From NCBI RefSeq assembly GCF_002113885.1, contig NW_018480059.1, positions 302,295-366,294 on the forward strand: a stretch of DNA of 64,000 nt, in the 5' to 3' direction. Below, piece after piece: positions 1-15,279 of the stretch (position 1 is its first letter; each line of letters begins with the position of its first letter). The notes beneath the pieces were generated by a model. It was not told the origin of the DNA. It made no database searches and worked only from the letters and a program-made list of their open reading frames with translations. Source of the DNA: Mizuhopecten yessoensis. Taxonomy: Eukaryota. A program made the translations under genes and the position numbers.

Positions 1-2370
1 AAAAAAAAAAAGGAAATACCGAAATTCAAATAATACGGTAAAGAATCGAAATTGAGAAGTTGAAGACCAACCATTAGCAATGAAATAATCATAATCAATA
101 TCTGGATTCGTTACAAAGATTATAGGTGTCAAGATTAAGAAATCCTTAGTTTGGTATGAATGGGTGAACATGTTACCCGTCCCCATGACTGCCCGAAGTA
201 TCAGAGTGCTATTTGGCGAAATGTCTATGACCTCTGACAGCTGACTAGACTGATTTAGTGAGTTGTTTTCAGTGGTTTAGATTTAGAGTCGAGACAGCGG
301 TCATTGACAAAGGAAACAGACGTTTTTTGAAAGGTCACAAAATAAGTTTTCAATTCCTGTTTGTTACTCATCACGTCACACGCTTACGAAGGTGCAATGA
401 CTGGAGAATTTGTTTTTATGCTGAGATTGGCACAATGTCTGCGTGTGTTTTTTTGTCTTATTTTTCCTACATTTCTATACAACTGTTGAAGTTCCAGTGT
501 TTTTCCTAGCAAATTACCGTGTACTCTTTTGACCTTGTGGCCAAATTGTACTTATGGATTGCTGACAGTAGTGTGTTGTCTTGTTTATCCTTTTTGCGTT
601 GACTGTGCGACCTTGTATGACCGTAGTGTGGTAATGAACCGTTAACCCTTTTTGACCCTATATGACCCCATTGTATTTATAACCATGAAGACTATTCTGC
701 GGCCTTGTGTGACCTTATTGTAATGATGGACCATTGGTGGACCATAAAGGCTAAATTGTGGCCCTATGCAACATTGACGTATTGATGCTAAGGCATCATC
801 AACATCTGTGTAACGTCAATGTCTTTGAATGCTCCATCATTACAAACTTATTGCAATAAAATATCTTTATTCTATATGATCTCTGGTTTCTTCTTTTTCA
901 CCCTGCATATCACTGATGCTGAAGCAAAAAGGCTGGACATATGTTTGCCGAGATAAAGAAAGCGCACCTCATTTTATCTATAGGTTAGATTCGCCTAACA
1001 GAGCGTGACATGGTCAAATAATCAGTAGAAATACTGTCGATGTTCTGAACAAATAGGGAAAAGTGGACGAATCATGAACTCAATTTCTAAATATATATAT
1101 ATATATATTATCTTTATTGGTCATTTCTCTCTCCGATAATTCCACGAGATGATAAAACCAAAGTAACAAGTTATAACAGATAAATACAATCTAACAATAC
1201 TTTAACATCTTGTTTTAAATCTGTCTGTTATTATCATGGGATGTTCTCTTTGTTTTCTGAAACGAAATGTAAGAATAACAAGCAACAGAAACATTTAAAA
1301 CATTTTCGAAATACACGATGATCATTTAGATTTGTACATGATATGTCAACACAAATTTACTCCCTCGCTGTTCAAAACAACATTAAAAAAACAAGTGAAC
1401 GGAGTGAAATTGCGAGTTTCCCATTTTTTGAGGTAAAAATCAATTAAATGTGATATTATCTTATAAAACGGAACTAAAACATTTCAAAGAAAATAATTTA
1501 TGTTGAGCATTTTAAAACTTGGCCTTGGCCAGATACCCGTGACTCTACGGTTACTAGTTGAGGCAGGATGGTTCATAACCTTCTGATAAAATGGCAGTGT
1601 CATTCACGTTATACCTAGCCTTAAAGATATCACATCATTATTGATAAAATAGGGACGTGTTCATTCAAAAGACAACAAATTAATCCACTTAAATAGCAAC
1701 CTGAACCAGCTCGATTGTCACCCTAGTCTATGACAGCAAAATTGCTCTCCATCTCGACTTCCTGTTAACCTCTATGACAGCAAAATAGCTCTCCATCTCG
1801 ACTTCTTTTTAACCTCTATGACGTTCAATAATAATTTACACATATACAAAATGTGTGCCCTCGAGCGATCTCATATCATATCCTATTGCCTCATGTTAAA
1901 CATGATTTATGAAAATCATAGAAAGTTTTATGCTTTAAACAACTGTAAAATTTCCATATGGTGTCATCTATTACTTTTCATTTTCTTATCGATATGTTCT
2001 GCCTTTCAACATTTTTTTTTTGGGGGGGGGTCATTTCAATTCATTTATTCTGTAGGCTTATGAGAAACACGACATATAAAATGATAAATATGTAGTTGTT
2101 CAGGAGAGTGACAGTTGTAAATTGATACAATAACACACTATGGAAACATGCGCGCACACACATGTGAATAACTTTAACGACAGAGAGTGTAGCTTAAATA
2201 CAAGTCTTATAATTTTACCAAAATTATATAACTCTTTAACATTTTAAACACTAAGTAGCTGGACAAGTTTGAATCCACTAGGACGATGGAAATGGTAAGA
2301 CTTATAAGTATCTGACTCGTAAGTTTGAATACAAAGGACACTTCAGGATGAAATGAAATGCGTCTTCAAT

Positions 2371-2723
2371 ATCTCCATTATCACACAATGTACAACATCT
2401 CCATTATCACAGAATGTACAACATCTCCATTAACACACAATGTACAACTTCTCCATTATCACACAGTGTACGACATCTCCATTATCACCCAGTGTACAAC
2501 ATCTCCAATATCACACAATGTACAACTTCTCCATTATCACACAATATACAACATCTCCATTATCACAGAATGTACAACATCTACATTTTTACACATTGTA
2601 TAACATCTGCATTATCACACGATGTACAACATCTCCATTAACACACAATGTACAACTTCTCCATTATCACACAACGTACAACATCTCCATTATCACACAA
2701 TGTACAACATCTCCATTATCACA
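2371..2723. repeat. 26-bp minisatellite (ATGTACAACATCTCCATTATCACACA), about 13 copies
   Basis: 26-bp periodicity seen directly (ATG at 2388, 2414, 2440); it explains the overlapping repetitive ORFs. Confidence 0.9.
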
Positions 2724-3281
2724 CATATTTAGCTGGTGTGAAGATAATCTTATAGACGAAATATTTTTCTTATACATTTAGTCAATTGGTTTTTGCAAGT
2801 AAAATTGAAAACCAAAATTATCTTCTAAGTGTTGATCAATGTTCCTTTGGAGTAATTACGTACATTAGATAACATTTCTTGTATATGTATATCACAAAAT
2901 TTATGTTCTATCAACTTGTACATGATCTTACTTTCATAGTTGCTATTCTATAGATACCCTAATCCTATGTTATTTAATTCCGATTCTATACTAACAATCC
3001 ATTTCATTGTCCTTCCTAATTCTAAAAAGACAAGGGCATTACATGTAAATCTCCCAACACCAAGAATTTTTGTACAGAAATTTGTATGTCCTTTCTCAAC
3101 TTCCGTCGTACCCTAGTATACTACTTATATAAGTGTCAAAACCTGAACATAATGTTTCGATGTTAAAACTATGGTTCTTTAACTTATTAATAATGAAAAA
3201 AGGCGTTCCTTCCCTTAACTGCCGCGTGTTGCTGGGTGTTGTTAAATTTACTTTTACAATTTTAAAACAAATGTCTCTTAC

Positions 3282-6200
3282 CTGTAACATGGCAAGTCAT
3301 CAGGGCGGGCTGGAATATGTTTTTAGCCTGCATCACGTGAAGTTGCGGGGCGGAACACATTGGTTCTTGTTCGATTGTTATGTGATAGGTTTCCATGGCT
3401 TTAGGGGGTACGCCATTATCAACTTCGCACCTGTACTCACCGCCATCCCCGGCCCGCAGGTTCTCCAAGTGTAACACCTCGCCCTGGGAAGTAACAAGGT
3501 TACATGAGATAGATTTCATAGTACAATAAATGCAGAAATATTAATTGTTGTTTAGTTACGATATGGAAGGCCATAACAAATACATTAAAAAAACCAAATT
3601 GCGATCCCAAATGTTCGCTTAGTTGTTAAAATGTCAATTTTGCGGGATCTTATTATTGCGGATTTCAGCAATACTGGTCATGTCACATTGTGGTGCGGTT
3701 AGGACGGTTAAATTCCTACTAAGTGTGCGGGCGTTCTTTTTACAGATATAATGTTACCGTAAAAATAGCCAAAAATAGAGCCATGCGAAAAAAAGATATC
3801 GTTTTCATTGATGATACCAATAAGCAAACAGGAGACGCGGTTGATTCTATGACTGATCACTAAACATTGAGATTACAACAATATAACGTGGAAGGTGTCT
3901 TCTCATTGTCATACCGGTTTGAAATGTAGTGAACGTTTTACAATTAACTTTATCCTCGAAAACCAAGGGTCCGCTTACGATACAATATGTTCTCTAAATA
4001 TCGTCGAAGACTGGCAGTAAGCTATATGATCGGTTTCAGATGTAAACAAAAACGTTTCCACTCGCTAGGCTGATACCTGTCCTTTGAAGATTAGAAATGA
4101 GCTACATCCAAATTCAAATACGGTCGATTTTATCGTAACGCCACCGCAAAATTAGATTATCTTCTCAAATGCATCTGACTAGCTTACTTGAACCCTTCGT
4201 AAAGTGTCGCGTAAAGAGCGTTTGACTATGTCATGACATATTAGAGGGTTTGGGGAGATATAAATATCTCGATAGCGGAACTGTGGTATTCTGAAGATGC
4301 AATTACCAAAACCAACGCAGTTCAAACATTTTAATCAGTTAAGAAAATACTTTTCAAAGTCTATACGAGTATGTCTGCATGGTGATCAGAACACGCTGTT
4401 TAAGTTAGGTTATTAGACGAACAATAAACACTCAAATACATGCGATCTCATATCTAAGAAGAAATGCTCTGCGATATAGAGTTAGCAACAACAGAATATT
4501 AAGCTAAGTGCCATATCCTTACGCCCACCGGTGAATATGTATCACTGAAACACGTCCATTGTGTTACACAGTACAAGACATAAGATCAGGATGCAGATAA
4601 AAAGACAGATTTATTGTTCAAAGTAAAATATGATTAGGTAAAAATATTCAGTAATTGGTCATATGAATATTTTTTTCGGGAAATGAAATTTTCAAAATCT
4701 ATTAAAATACCATTTATAATTGTAAGAATTTGTGGCATCAAGAAAATTTCAAATAAAATGCTCATTATTGACATCAGTGATTGATAACGAAATAATAATG
4801 GTAAACGCACGTGTCCCATTATGTTGGTTCCCGCGTCACCTTTGTACCACGTGATGGTGGGCTCGGGTGCTCCGTAACCTCTACAGGTTAACGTGACGTC
4901 TTCGCCAACGGCGGACACCATTTTGGTGTTACTCACAGACAGAATCATAGGTGGCGCTATTCATATAACGACAAATAAAATACAATTGTTATGTAAATAC
5001 CTTACAGTAACATACTGTTATGCTTTTACAATTTTAATCAGGAAACTTGTATACGTGTACATAAAATTAACATTTCATGTTATATTTGTATTGTATTTTA
5101 TTTGAATACTCACAACTACACTTACACTAGGGATTCAACCTTAACATAACTCGTTATTGATGAGGATGCATTACTCACCGACGTAATGAATCGGGTTGTT
5201 AAATTGGATCAAAATTGATGTGATAAAATTGTGGTGACAAAGTGCAGGTGACAATTTGGTGGAATATGATTTTTTGTGAAAGTCCATATTGCTTTTAACC
5301 AGAAAGCAAAATATGAAATGAAAAAAAAGATAACAAAATTAATAAACAAAAAGTATATCATAAACTGGTTTGGAATATGTTTGGAAAAATCTTTGTCAGG
5401 AAAGTTGATGTTATGAATCATTTCTAGATTTTCGACTCGATGGGGTTCCCTGTTAACAATATACCATACCTGCAATACTGACAAATGCATCCTTAGATGG
5501 CCAACGTGGGTAGGACACCTGGGAGATGAGCACACGACACCTGTACCTGCCAACGTCTGCATTGCTCGCGTGCTTAATAATCAGGGTCACCGTGTTCAAT
5601 TCCTGTTGCTTGACCGAAGTGGTAGTTGTGGCCCTTACGCCATACTTCTCCGTGTTCTTGGTCACGAGAGATCCGTCGTTGCTGATATGAAGGTAGCCTG
5701 GCAGCACCCTAAACCATTGGACCTGTGGAATGTGAGGCAGGAAGACATTACAAAAGCTGTTGAGAACATCATATATCTCCTATTTGAAAAATAGTTCAAT
5801 CCACACTGTTGAAACAAATATGATTTGACAAAAATGTTGACCCCTCATGAACGTCCCTGCCAAATATCACTTCCCTTGAAAGATACTGATTGATATAGTA
5901 TTTTTTAAATAACTTTCATAACATAATGTTGAAAAAAAGGTTAATTTATTTTCTTTTTGATTTTCATGCTAGAATGATTTATACCTCAGGAACCCCAATG
6001 CAAATGATCAGCCACCAAGTATAAATACGGGGGATATATTGGGATGAATTTCAACACTTACGCAAAATCTAAATTATGGAAATTTTGGCAAAAAAAGTTG
6101 AAACAGGTTTCGACAATATTCATCAAAATCTAAAACTGATTACTGAGAAGATACCGATTAAGTACAGGGAAGTGTCATGTTAGTGCTGAGTATATAGTGC

Positions 6201-8443
6201 TGATTAACTGGTGGTACCTTGGAAGCGGCGGTTTTGTTGGTTATGGGACAGTCTAAGTAAACATCATCTCCCTCATCCACCGTCGCGTTGGCGATGACTC
6301 CTATGGATGGTATTGTCGATTCGGCGGAAACTGTAAAACATCATGTCGCGCAATGAAACACAATTCCTCTTCCAAATTGTTTAACAATCTGTTGACATTA
6401 TTGATTAATTTTTTCATTATTTTCGTAAGTCATAGAAATGAATTTTAGTTTGTTTTCTGGAAATTACCTTCTTAATCTCAAGAGTCCAATTTGATTCAGC
6501 CAACGATTTCAACGCATACTTATTGACGTTTCGGTTGGGATAAGCTGAACTACCAAAAATATTTTGATATCATCAGATTACAAAATGAGTTTAACAAACA
6601 TAATGCCGTCAGCTGTTACGACTAGATATTTTTCTTGACGAATGGATAAAATACTTTGAATGCAAGGTTAATTGCTGAAGCTAGACCTCTCCGACGCGTA
6701 ATTTATTAACCCAGTTTTGCAAGGGTATCTTGGGTATTTGAACTTCTCATGGCTTCGCCGAACCAGCCCAGCACACATAAACTTCCAGTCGTACTAAGTG
6801 CTTCGTAATACTTTCGGGAGCAAATATCAGGCAAATTGTCGGAGTTTTTCTTCAAATGTAGGTTTGAACAACATGTGATTTACTATATCTATGCTAGCCT
6901 TATAAAGAATGTCTTAAGGTGAACATATTTCAACTCATCCCATATACTTTGAGCTTGGAAATAGAAAATGAATTATATTGAGATAAATGGATAAATGCGA
7001 TATTAACCTTATATTCCGGGGATGCAGAGAGCGAAAGTAAGCGTAACCCCTCGAGTATCGAGGATGACTTGATCTGCAATCATCGTAACAACTTTGCTCT
7101 AACATGAAAACTACATTTTCCTGGAAATTCAGGCATGACTTCTTGTTTGATTAATTGTATACAGTGAAACAATATGTTTAGTTAGTATTAAACCGTGAAC
7201 CGACCAATACGGATACTATCTACTACACGTAATACTATTAACACTGTAACGGACTAGGATTTCCTTTAAAGCTTGAAAAGTTGAATTTATATACATTTCA
7301 TTGTTTTACAAATTGTTATGCATATCAGTTGATTCTTTTTTCCTATATTATGTTAAATGTGTTTACAAAATAGAATATTCCATTGCCTTGTTTTTGTTGT
7401 AATATTACCTTTGTACATTTAAATAAACACTGACGTGATATACGTAATGTTACTTTCCAGTTTAGTGTGTTTATTATAGCTATAAGCGGTAAACGCAGAA
7501 CCCAATATATCTTGATACATCTCATAAATTTATCTTTAATCTCGAAAGCGGTAACACTACGGTGTATCATTATAAGTTAACTATAAGCTTACTAGGCTTC
7601 CAGGATCAGGTTTTTGATGGATATGTTAAGCAGTTAATAGAAGAAGTATCGCCCATGTCAAAGGTCACATCTGTCATGGGCGTAATGCATCTAAACACTA
7701 ACCATGTCAACAACACACAGCCAATACACATCGGCCAAGTTCCTATTTGTTCGGGGTTTTAGCTTGCTAATATTTATCAAAATTCTACTTTTTTTGCTTA
7801 ATTTACAAATAAATCTTGAAAACCCGACCATGCTTTCCGACAAATACATTCTAGGAATGTTACATATATGCATATATTTACATACATATTAATATGCAGA
7901 AACAATATTACTATTTACTGCGATACATTTTTTTTACTGTTTATTTTTGTCTTTTTAAGAAAAACAAAAAACAAACACCACACATTGACATAATAAAAAC
8001 GGAAAGACAACCCATAAAACACAGACACGAAAGTTATAATAATAAAAAGATATCAAAAACATCCATAAAAAACGAAAGCAAAAAAGTTTCGGAAGGGTAA
8101 TGGTTGACTGTATTATTGCAAGATAAACTGTTTCTTAACTCTGTTTAGAACCAGTCGTGAACAGTTCTTCCAAAATCATCTTGATGTATGTCATATTTGT
8201 ATATGGATGATATTCCATTCATCCATGAATCTTCAGATATACATGTGTTAGATATGAGACATAAATTTACACACCTATACACATTTATACCATGATACAC
8301 ATTACACACCGTTCGACTATCTACAGCCCAATGTATCAAGGACCATCTTTACTCTAATATTGAAAATACATACCTTGGAACACGAGAGTAAGTAGAATCA
8401 GTGATACAATTGTTAAACCTTTCAACGATTTCTGCTGCTTCAT
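3282..8443 (-). CDS. Ig-superfamily cell-adhesion protein (lachesin/IgLON-like), 5' exons only
   Basis: Phase-consistent GT-AG exons: 8443-8374 (signal peptide MKQQKSLKGLTIVSLILLTLVFQ), 6330-6218 (DEGDDVYLDCPI), 5722-5470 (VQWF...TLIIKHASNADVGRYRC), 4956-4811 (GEDVTLTCRGYGAPEPTITW), 3483-3282 (LHLENLRAGDGGEYRCEVDNGVPP...MTCHV). Canonical Ig C..W..DxGxYxC motifs. Further 3' exons were not identified. Confidence 0.8.
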
Positions 8444-11400
8444 CCTGTCTTAATCAAGTCCTCCTGATAAATACGTGTTGTTGATGGATTTCGAACTTGT
8501 GACGTCATATTAAGAAACAATGTGTGGTTAACGCGGCTTATTGCCCGAGGCAGCTTGTACGTATCATAAGCCATAAACGTCATTGATATGACAGCCTATC
8601 ACCCATACTCGCTGCTTTATATAATTTCTGGTATATGAAATACGAATTGATTAATAAAGAGAATTTTCTGACGAAGGTCATCATCTATCAGTCACTATTT
8701 CAAACATGTGTTTATACCGCCCTTCAGGCACTGTGACTCTACGCTTCCAGTAATTGTGATCAAATTGTCTATATATTTATTTGAAAATGATAAACCAAAA
8801 TTTCTTTTTCACGAAATTTTAGCTTTTTTGTTTTCTCATCTTATTTATATTGTTATTCAAACTTTCGTCGATTATCAATATTTGTTTTCAAAAGTAAAGA
8901 ATAATTTGTTTATATGTAATATTAGTATGTGTATACAACATTCTCTTTTCTATCATCTTGAGAATACACTACTATATTGAGAATATCACGACATTAGCAG
9001 GACAATCACATAGAACAAGGTATATAACATTTTGACACCTTTAATAGTTTTTATTAAACCTCAAATGAATAAAAGCGTGTTAATCAAATTCCAACAGGAT
9101 GTTCGAATCTGTTTCCATGTCTTTGTGATGACACTTTGTGGCGATGAATAACGAGTTATATGTCCATGCCTTCATTTCCCGGTGAACGTCACTACCACGA
9201 TAATGTTTCCTCGGTAAAACTTGTTTTGATTGTAAATAGACATTGAGGTTCAAAGATGATAAGACCAGTTGTTCCAGAAGGATACATGTCCTGTGCTTTA
9301 TCGACATGTAAATCTAGGTCCAAAAAACGTAGAATCCCCTGATCAACAGTTTTGGCTGTACCAACGAAACAACCCACTCTTATGAACCTATTTAAAAGCA
9401 TAGACTTTCATATCACTGTAAGATATATATTTTCCAACGAGTTTATCACCATATAACCTTCCAATAACTTTCTCGAAATCTTGTGTTGCAAGTTTGTCCA
9501 TCAGCAGTCGACATTTCTCATGGCAGCAAGAGTCCTGGTACAAGAGAGATAAAAAGGAAAACATAAAGTATACTGTTACAAATATATGTATATTTAAAGA
9601 AAATTGAAGAAGAAAATAATTGTCTTTATTTGAAATATTTTATTTAATTGATTTTTTTCCGCGTCATCAAGAAGCGAACGTACAAAGAGATTCAGAGAGG
9701 AATTAAAAGTGTACTCTATAAAACTTCCATGAATCGTTTTTAATATAAGACCGAAACTCTCTTTTTTCCAGAAAAAAATCGTACCAAATAAACCGCTGAA
9801 AAATTGATAAATATCAACTCGTAGCCAACAAATTCATGGTATAGGTGCACAAAAAGACAAATTGATTGATCAGAGATCCTTACGAAATGACCTTTAATTA
9901 AATTCAATTGAACCTATCATATTATGTTCATCTTCAAAGTCTACTTGTATATCAATGATACATACTGAATGATAGTTGCCAAGTTCCGTGCTTTCGTGTG
10001 TGTGTTACATTCATCTTTGGAAGGAGATTCCAAATTGTTCACCTTTATTCTTTACTTTTGAAAGTAGCATAATTTCCTACATCCTGCATTGGTCTGGCAT
10101 ATTACACCATTGGCTTGTGTCATTTTACGTATGTTGTAGACATTTCAAGATTTTGCAATGCAGTTTCTCTCTCTCATTGATGGAAAGATGTTGTATTTCA
10201 TTTAAGATAAATTTGAAATCCTCCTTTACTATTTAGCTTGAATAATTGTCTATGTTTAAAGCTCATTTTCCTTTACTTTACAAATCTACATGTTTTGTTG
10301 AGTTTGTTATGTGAGTTTGCTAGCAATTTGTCCCGACTGTTGTCTGCAGTGTGTTAATCCACAATGGCGGCGCCCATACCAACTTCCAGTGAAGTTGTCA
10401 CGAAAACCCCAGCGTAACCTTGTTATCATTCAGTCGAAAACAACCATAGGAACACAACAGCATCGTCTTTCAAAAGTCCTTTCATCAACATAATATCGAA
10501 AGAAATTGGTACCCAGCTAAAGTAATAGTGTAGTGCAGGTTGTTTTGAACTGCTCAATACTGAATTGCTCAAATCTATTACTGACAGTCAGCTACAAGAC
10601 AAATACAACACCATACTCAAGGTTAAGGTTACAGTCAACAATCCTGAACTTTACTACATTTTTTTCTGCGACAAATGTTTCCCTTTCCTCATAAACAGGT
10701 AACTTAAAAGAGTGTAAATAACACAAACATGCAAATTACTATATCTCAAGGAACCATTGATAGAATGAGCACATCTAGACCAAAAGGTGGGAGTGACCAA
10801 ACTGTTAAGTAGGGAAAACTAAACTCTCTCCATCTGTACATATGTTCATTCCACACAATTTATGTTGAAGATAAAATGGCATGGGACGTATGCAGTCAAT
10901 GGAACCGTTTTCAATGTTTACTTATAGACAATCCTATGGTTTTTCTATTTCTAAAAAGATGGAGAAATGCTATGTAGCTGTTTATCCTGCAGACAACTGT
11001 CTAGTATAACATATACATGTCAGTTCTCGCATTGAAGAATACTCACCCTCATAATGGTAAGGAAAATATACGATGTGAAGATTCCCACAATGGACCAGGT
11101 AACCTACACAGGTAACCTAAACATCTGCCTATTTCATGGAAACAGCATTAATAGACTATAGCGTTAGTTACAACCTAGATATGGTCCATGTGAAACCAAA
11201 CATTAGATACCTCCAAATTAAAGAGCAGAATAGATGACCAGGAAAAGAAAAACTGCTTATTTATAATCCGACCTCCAAACCAGTGTTTTTATAACCAACA
11301 CTAAACCCAGAATACCCAGATTACACACAGTTCCAATGTTTTTCTATAACTCTAATAATATATACCAAATGCAAGAATAAATGAATTAGACCAATGATAT

Positions 11401-12238
11401 TCACACATCATAATTTAGATTAATAGACTCGGTATCCCGTGGACAAATGTGATTGACGCTTTAACTACTTCATCGTTTATGAGATTAGATTGTATAATGT
11501 ATTAGATGCACTCCTGTTTTTATCTTTACAACAAAGACGTATGTAGGGTGATGGCCTACCACACAACTAAGTATGCATAGCGTCTTTAAACAATTGCACA
11601 TCCAAATCCTGACAGTGCAATTTCGTTACTGCATTCATCAAAGAAGTGCTTCAAAAAACCAAGAAAATCAGCGACGGAGAATAACAGATGGCGTTCAGGG
11701 TAATTTGCGGTCACGGGACTGGTCTTTAGGGATATCTGTAATATTTGTTGTGTAGACAGGCTTTTTGTTCTCGATGACTGTATCAACGTCATACCACTCT
11801 ACAAAAACAAAATAGAAGTTTTATAAGATTTATTAACAAAGTTACAAATTAAAAAAATATATAAAAATACCTGGGTCGGCAAAATACAGGTTAGTACATT
11901 CTAAAAATAGATTCCTTCACCTGTGACTGTCTGCTGGATTGCATTGTGTAATGTGTGGTTTATTGAGTTGAAAACAAAAAAGACAACAAACTTTTTTCTT
12001 CTTTTTCCAAATGTAGTTTACAGCCGCACATCTCAGTCAGTAAATGCCATTTTTATGCTTCACCTGTATACCACTGTATATAACGTTATCATTTCAATGC
12101 ATCCTCGCAAGTCAGAGTGTTTAATGTAGTCAAACTCTGGGAATGTATCCTTGTTATTGGACAACAGAATATAAAACCCCTTTTTATAAACAGACGAAAA
12201 GGAACCAAAACCTACAGAATAATCATCATTACCAATGC

Positions 12239-13216
12239 TGAGGATACATTTAAATATGGAGGGACTAGCTCTTTTAACGTCATTTTATGTCATCTTAGAA
12301 ACCAGGCAAGTCAATTAAATACTGATCTTTTTAGAGACCATCTTACTAATAGCCCATCCTGTATATGTGGCAACCATGACGAAGATGTGGATCACTTCTT
12401 TCTATACTGCCCTAGGTATATAATACAAAGACAAATCCTATTAGATTCTCTGTCTCATTTGCAGCTTAACATTCAACTAAACCTACATTTATATCTTGAC
12501 TTAAACCTGATTGAACATTTAGTAAATAATATCAATTTACTAACTAGGGGAAGTAACCACCTTAGTCATGATCCTAATTCTGCTATTTGTGTCTGTGTTC
12601 AGAAATATATTGAGTCTACTAACAGATTTTGAAATAACTGTTAATTATAGTCCCAATGTGTATGTATACATGTCTACATTAATACTCCTTCAACACGGCT
12701 CCTGCTCTGGATTGTCAATGACTGGGTAAGCACACAGTGGTGGTGTGTATGGACATTTTAGTGCTGCCCAGTTATTATTGTTATCTGGAGTAGGTTCAAC
12801 TAATGATATTTAATATTTACTGTATTGAATGAAGGTTCCAGTTTTTGATATTAATATATGTTATAAAATTTATAAAATTTGATTATTTACAAATGAGTAT
12901 ACACACATGGCTTTCCATTTTGAAATAAGTTTTATATTTTAAAAAACCACCAAATGTATTTGTTTTATCTCAGTAATTCTATTTTTTTATTTTTTATTTT
13001 GCTTAGTTCAGAGATAGATAGGGACTATTAAGTATTAAGTATTAAGTACTATTTAATGTTCCAAGCCAGTGCTAATATGTTAATGTCTAAATTATAATTA
13101 TGTTATTGTTTGAAATGTATGTAACCCAAGGGAGAGGGCTTGTATAGGCATAGCCTGTTGCCCAATTCCCATTGAATCAATTGATTTAATAAAATATTTT
13201 GAAATGAATAAATGAA
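12239..13216 (+). mobile_element. 5'-truncated LINE (CR1/L2-like): ORF2 C-terminus plus 3' UTR
   Basis: SPSCICGNHDEDVDHFFLYCPRY Cys/His motif typical of the LINE ORF2 C-terminus; AATAAA and TGAAA-type tail at about 13188-13216; 11-bp direct repeat ATTACCAATGC at 12228-12238 and 13217-13227 (TSD). Confidence 0.75.
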
Positions 13217-14384
13217 ATTACCAATGCACTTGTTGGTTTCAGGCAGAAAAACTAACCAATCGTTTGGCTGATAGTTTCATTGGATTAAAGGAGTTCATTT
13301 GTAATCATATTTTGTTTGAAATATCACTAGGGCAAGGTGATCATTTCTTTAATTCACGAAGTTGGTGTGACCCCATACGGTTGCGGGGGAGGGGCCAAAA
13401 GAAATGTTGGTGTACAGCCGCACTTACTGAAAACTATCGAGATATCCCCTGGGGATTTAGTGCGTTCATAACACAAAAATGGCTGAGAGTGTTTATTGTT
13501 GTTTCAGGTTTCCATCTGACATTGGAATATAGAGGAGTAGTTTCATCCAACTTAACAGACAACAACAATAGTGACAGGATTACCTCTCCATGGCGATGTT
13601 ACTGCTATGAGACAGTCATTGTACCTTCTCTGGTCAAATCCAGTGGTATGGAAAATAGGAATACAACCTGCAACAAATTTAAATATTCATTATTCAAAAA
13701 TAACAAGGAATATCGTAAATTGTATTTATTTTTAGGAAACAAATCTCATCATTAACGGTTTATCTAAAGATCCTATCCTTTGACATCATAATCGTGTCTC
13801 AAGGATTTAGGTATTGCCGTTGATTTTCTTTGTAACTACGACTCTTTATAGAATGCAAAGAAAATAATTATCTTTTCAAATTTGGCAAATATCAACTTAA
13901 ATTTGAACCTCGCTAAAACCATAAAAGAGCCTGTGTAAATTTTGTGGGAAGCCTTACCAATCAGCCCAAATACAGTTATCATAAACGTACACATCATGTG
14001 ATGTGACAGCCTCCGTGCCTCCATTAAGGCCAACAACAGTTATCAATATAGGTTATTGAAACGTGTTACATATAGTTGCTGTAAAATAGGAAAGATTAAT
14101 TTTACTTGTGAAAATAAACTAAATCAGAATCTTCAATGTATTGTATTTTACTACAGATCACCGTTATGTTTGCTAACAGATTGATTCCAAATCAGTTCAT
14201 CATGATACACGGGAACTCTGAAGAGGCAATCTGGAAAAATACCCTCAACCCATTTATCGACTTTATCCATGATCTCGGCCTTTTCCTCAGCACAGATCAG
14301 GAGGAAATTTCACTGAGAGCATTTAGCGAAAGTTGTGTGGCTGTGAAGACCGACTCGTCCTATAAATCACATTAAATGTTGACT

Positions 14385-15279
14385 GTGAGCACAAACATGT
14401 CCTAAGAATTCGACTCAGTGTTAAATGTGACTCGTTCTATTCATTTTCCTTCAGTGTTAAATTTCTTTGTCAGTAAAGTGACTTCATATTTGACCTTTAT
14501 AGTCTCCGTGAATACAGGTCTGGAATATATAGTATCCTTCAGTGTTAAATACGAGTAAAGACCTATCTTTAAGTCACCTTAAATGTTAAATGTGAGTAAA
14601 TAATAGTGTATTAGTCTCCCTCAGTGTTAAATGTGAGTACAGACCTGTCTTATTGTATCCTTCAGTGTTAAATGTGAGTGCAGACCTGTCATATATCATC
14701 ATTTAGTGTTAAATGTGAGTACCGACCTGTCCTATATAACACCCTTTGGTGTTAAATGTGAATATAGATCTATTTTAGATAGTCTTATTCAGTTTATACT
14801 ATCAGTGCAGACAAACTCGTTCGGTATACTCTCATTCAAAGCTAAATGTGCGTACAGACTTGTCCTCATAGTGTCGTGTAATGATAACTGTGAGTACAGA
14901 CTTGCCCTCATAGTGTCGTGTAATGATAATTGTGAGTACAGACTTGTCCTCACAGTGTCGTGTAATGATAATTGTGAGTACAGGCTTGTCCTCACAGTGT
15001 CATGTAATGATAATTGTGAGTACAGACTTGCCCTCATAGTGTCGTGTAATGATAACTGTGAGTACAGACTTGTCCTCAAAGTGTCGTGTAATGATAACTG
15101 TGAGTACAGACTTGTCCTCAAAGTGTCGTGTACTGATAATTGTGAGTACAGACTTGTCCTCACAGTGTCGTGTACTGATAATTGTGAGTACAGGCTTGTC
15201 CTCACAGTGTCGTGTAATGATAACTGTGAGTACAGACCTGTTCTCATAGTGTCGTGTACTAATAATTGTGAGTACAGAC
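14385..15279 (+). repeat. 42-43-bp tandem array derived from the NEMP-A exon 3 end plus donor site
   Basis: Units end in AGTGTTAAAT|GTGAGT or AATGATAACT|GTGAGT; homogeneous 42-bp block at about 14850-15279. Confidence 0.85.

Noticed and set aside
150-250. Possible further exon of the Ig gene on the minus strand
   Set aside because: No recognisable Ig motif and phase not confirmable
9080-9540. Possible Penelope-like retroelement remnant (RLLMDKLATQDFEK on the minus strand)
   Set aside because: Too short and degenerate to support without a search
10364-10417. ATGGCGGCGCCCAT as exon 1 of NEMP-A
   Set aside because: Stops after 17 codons, no signal-peptide-like segment, no similarity to copy B exon 1
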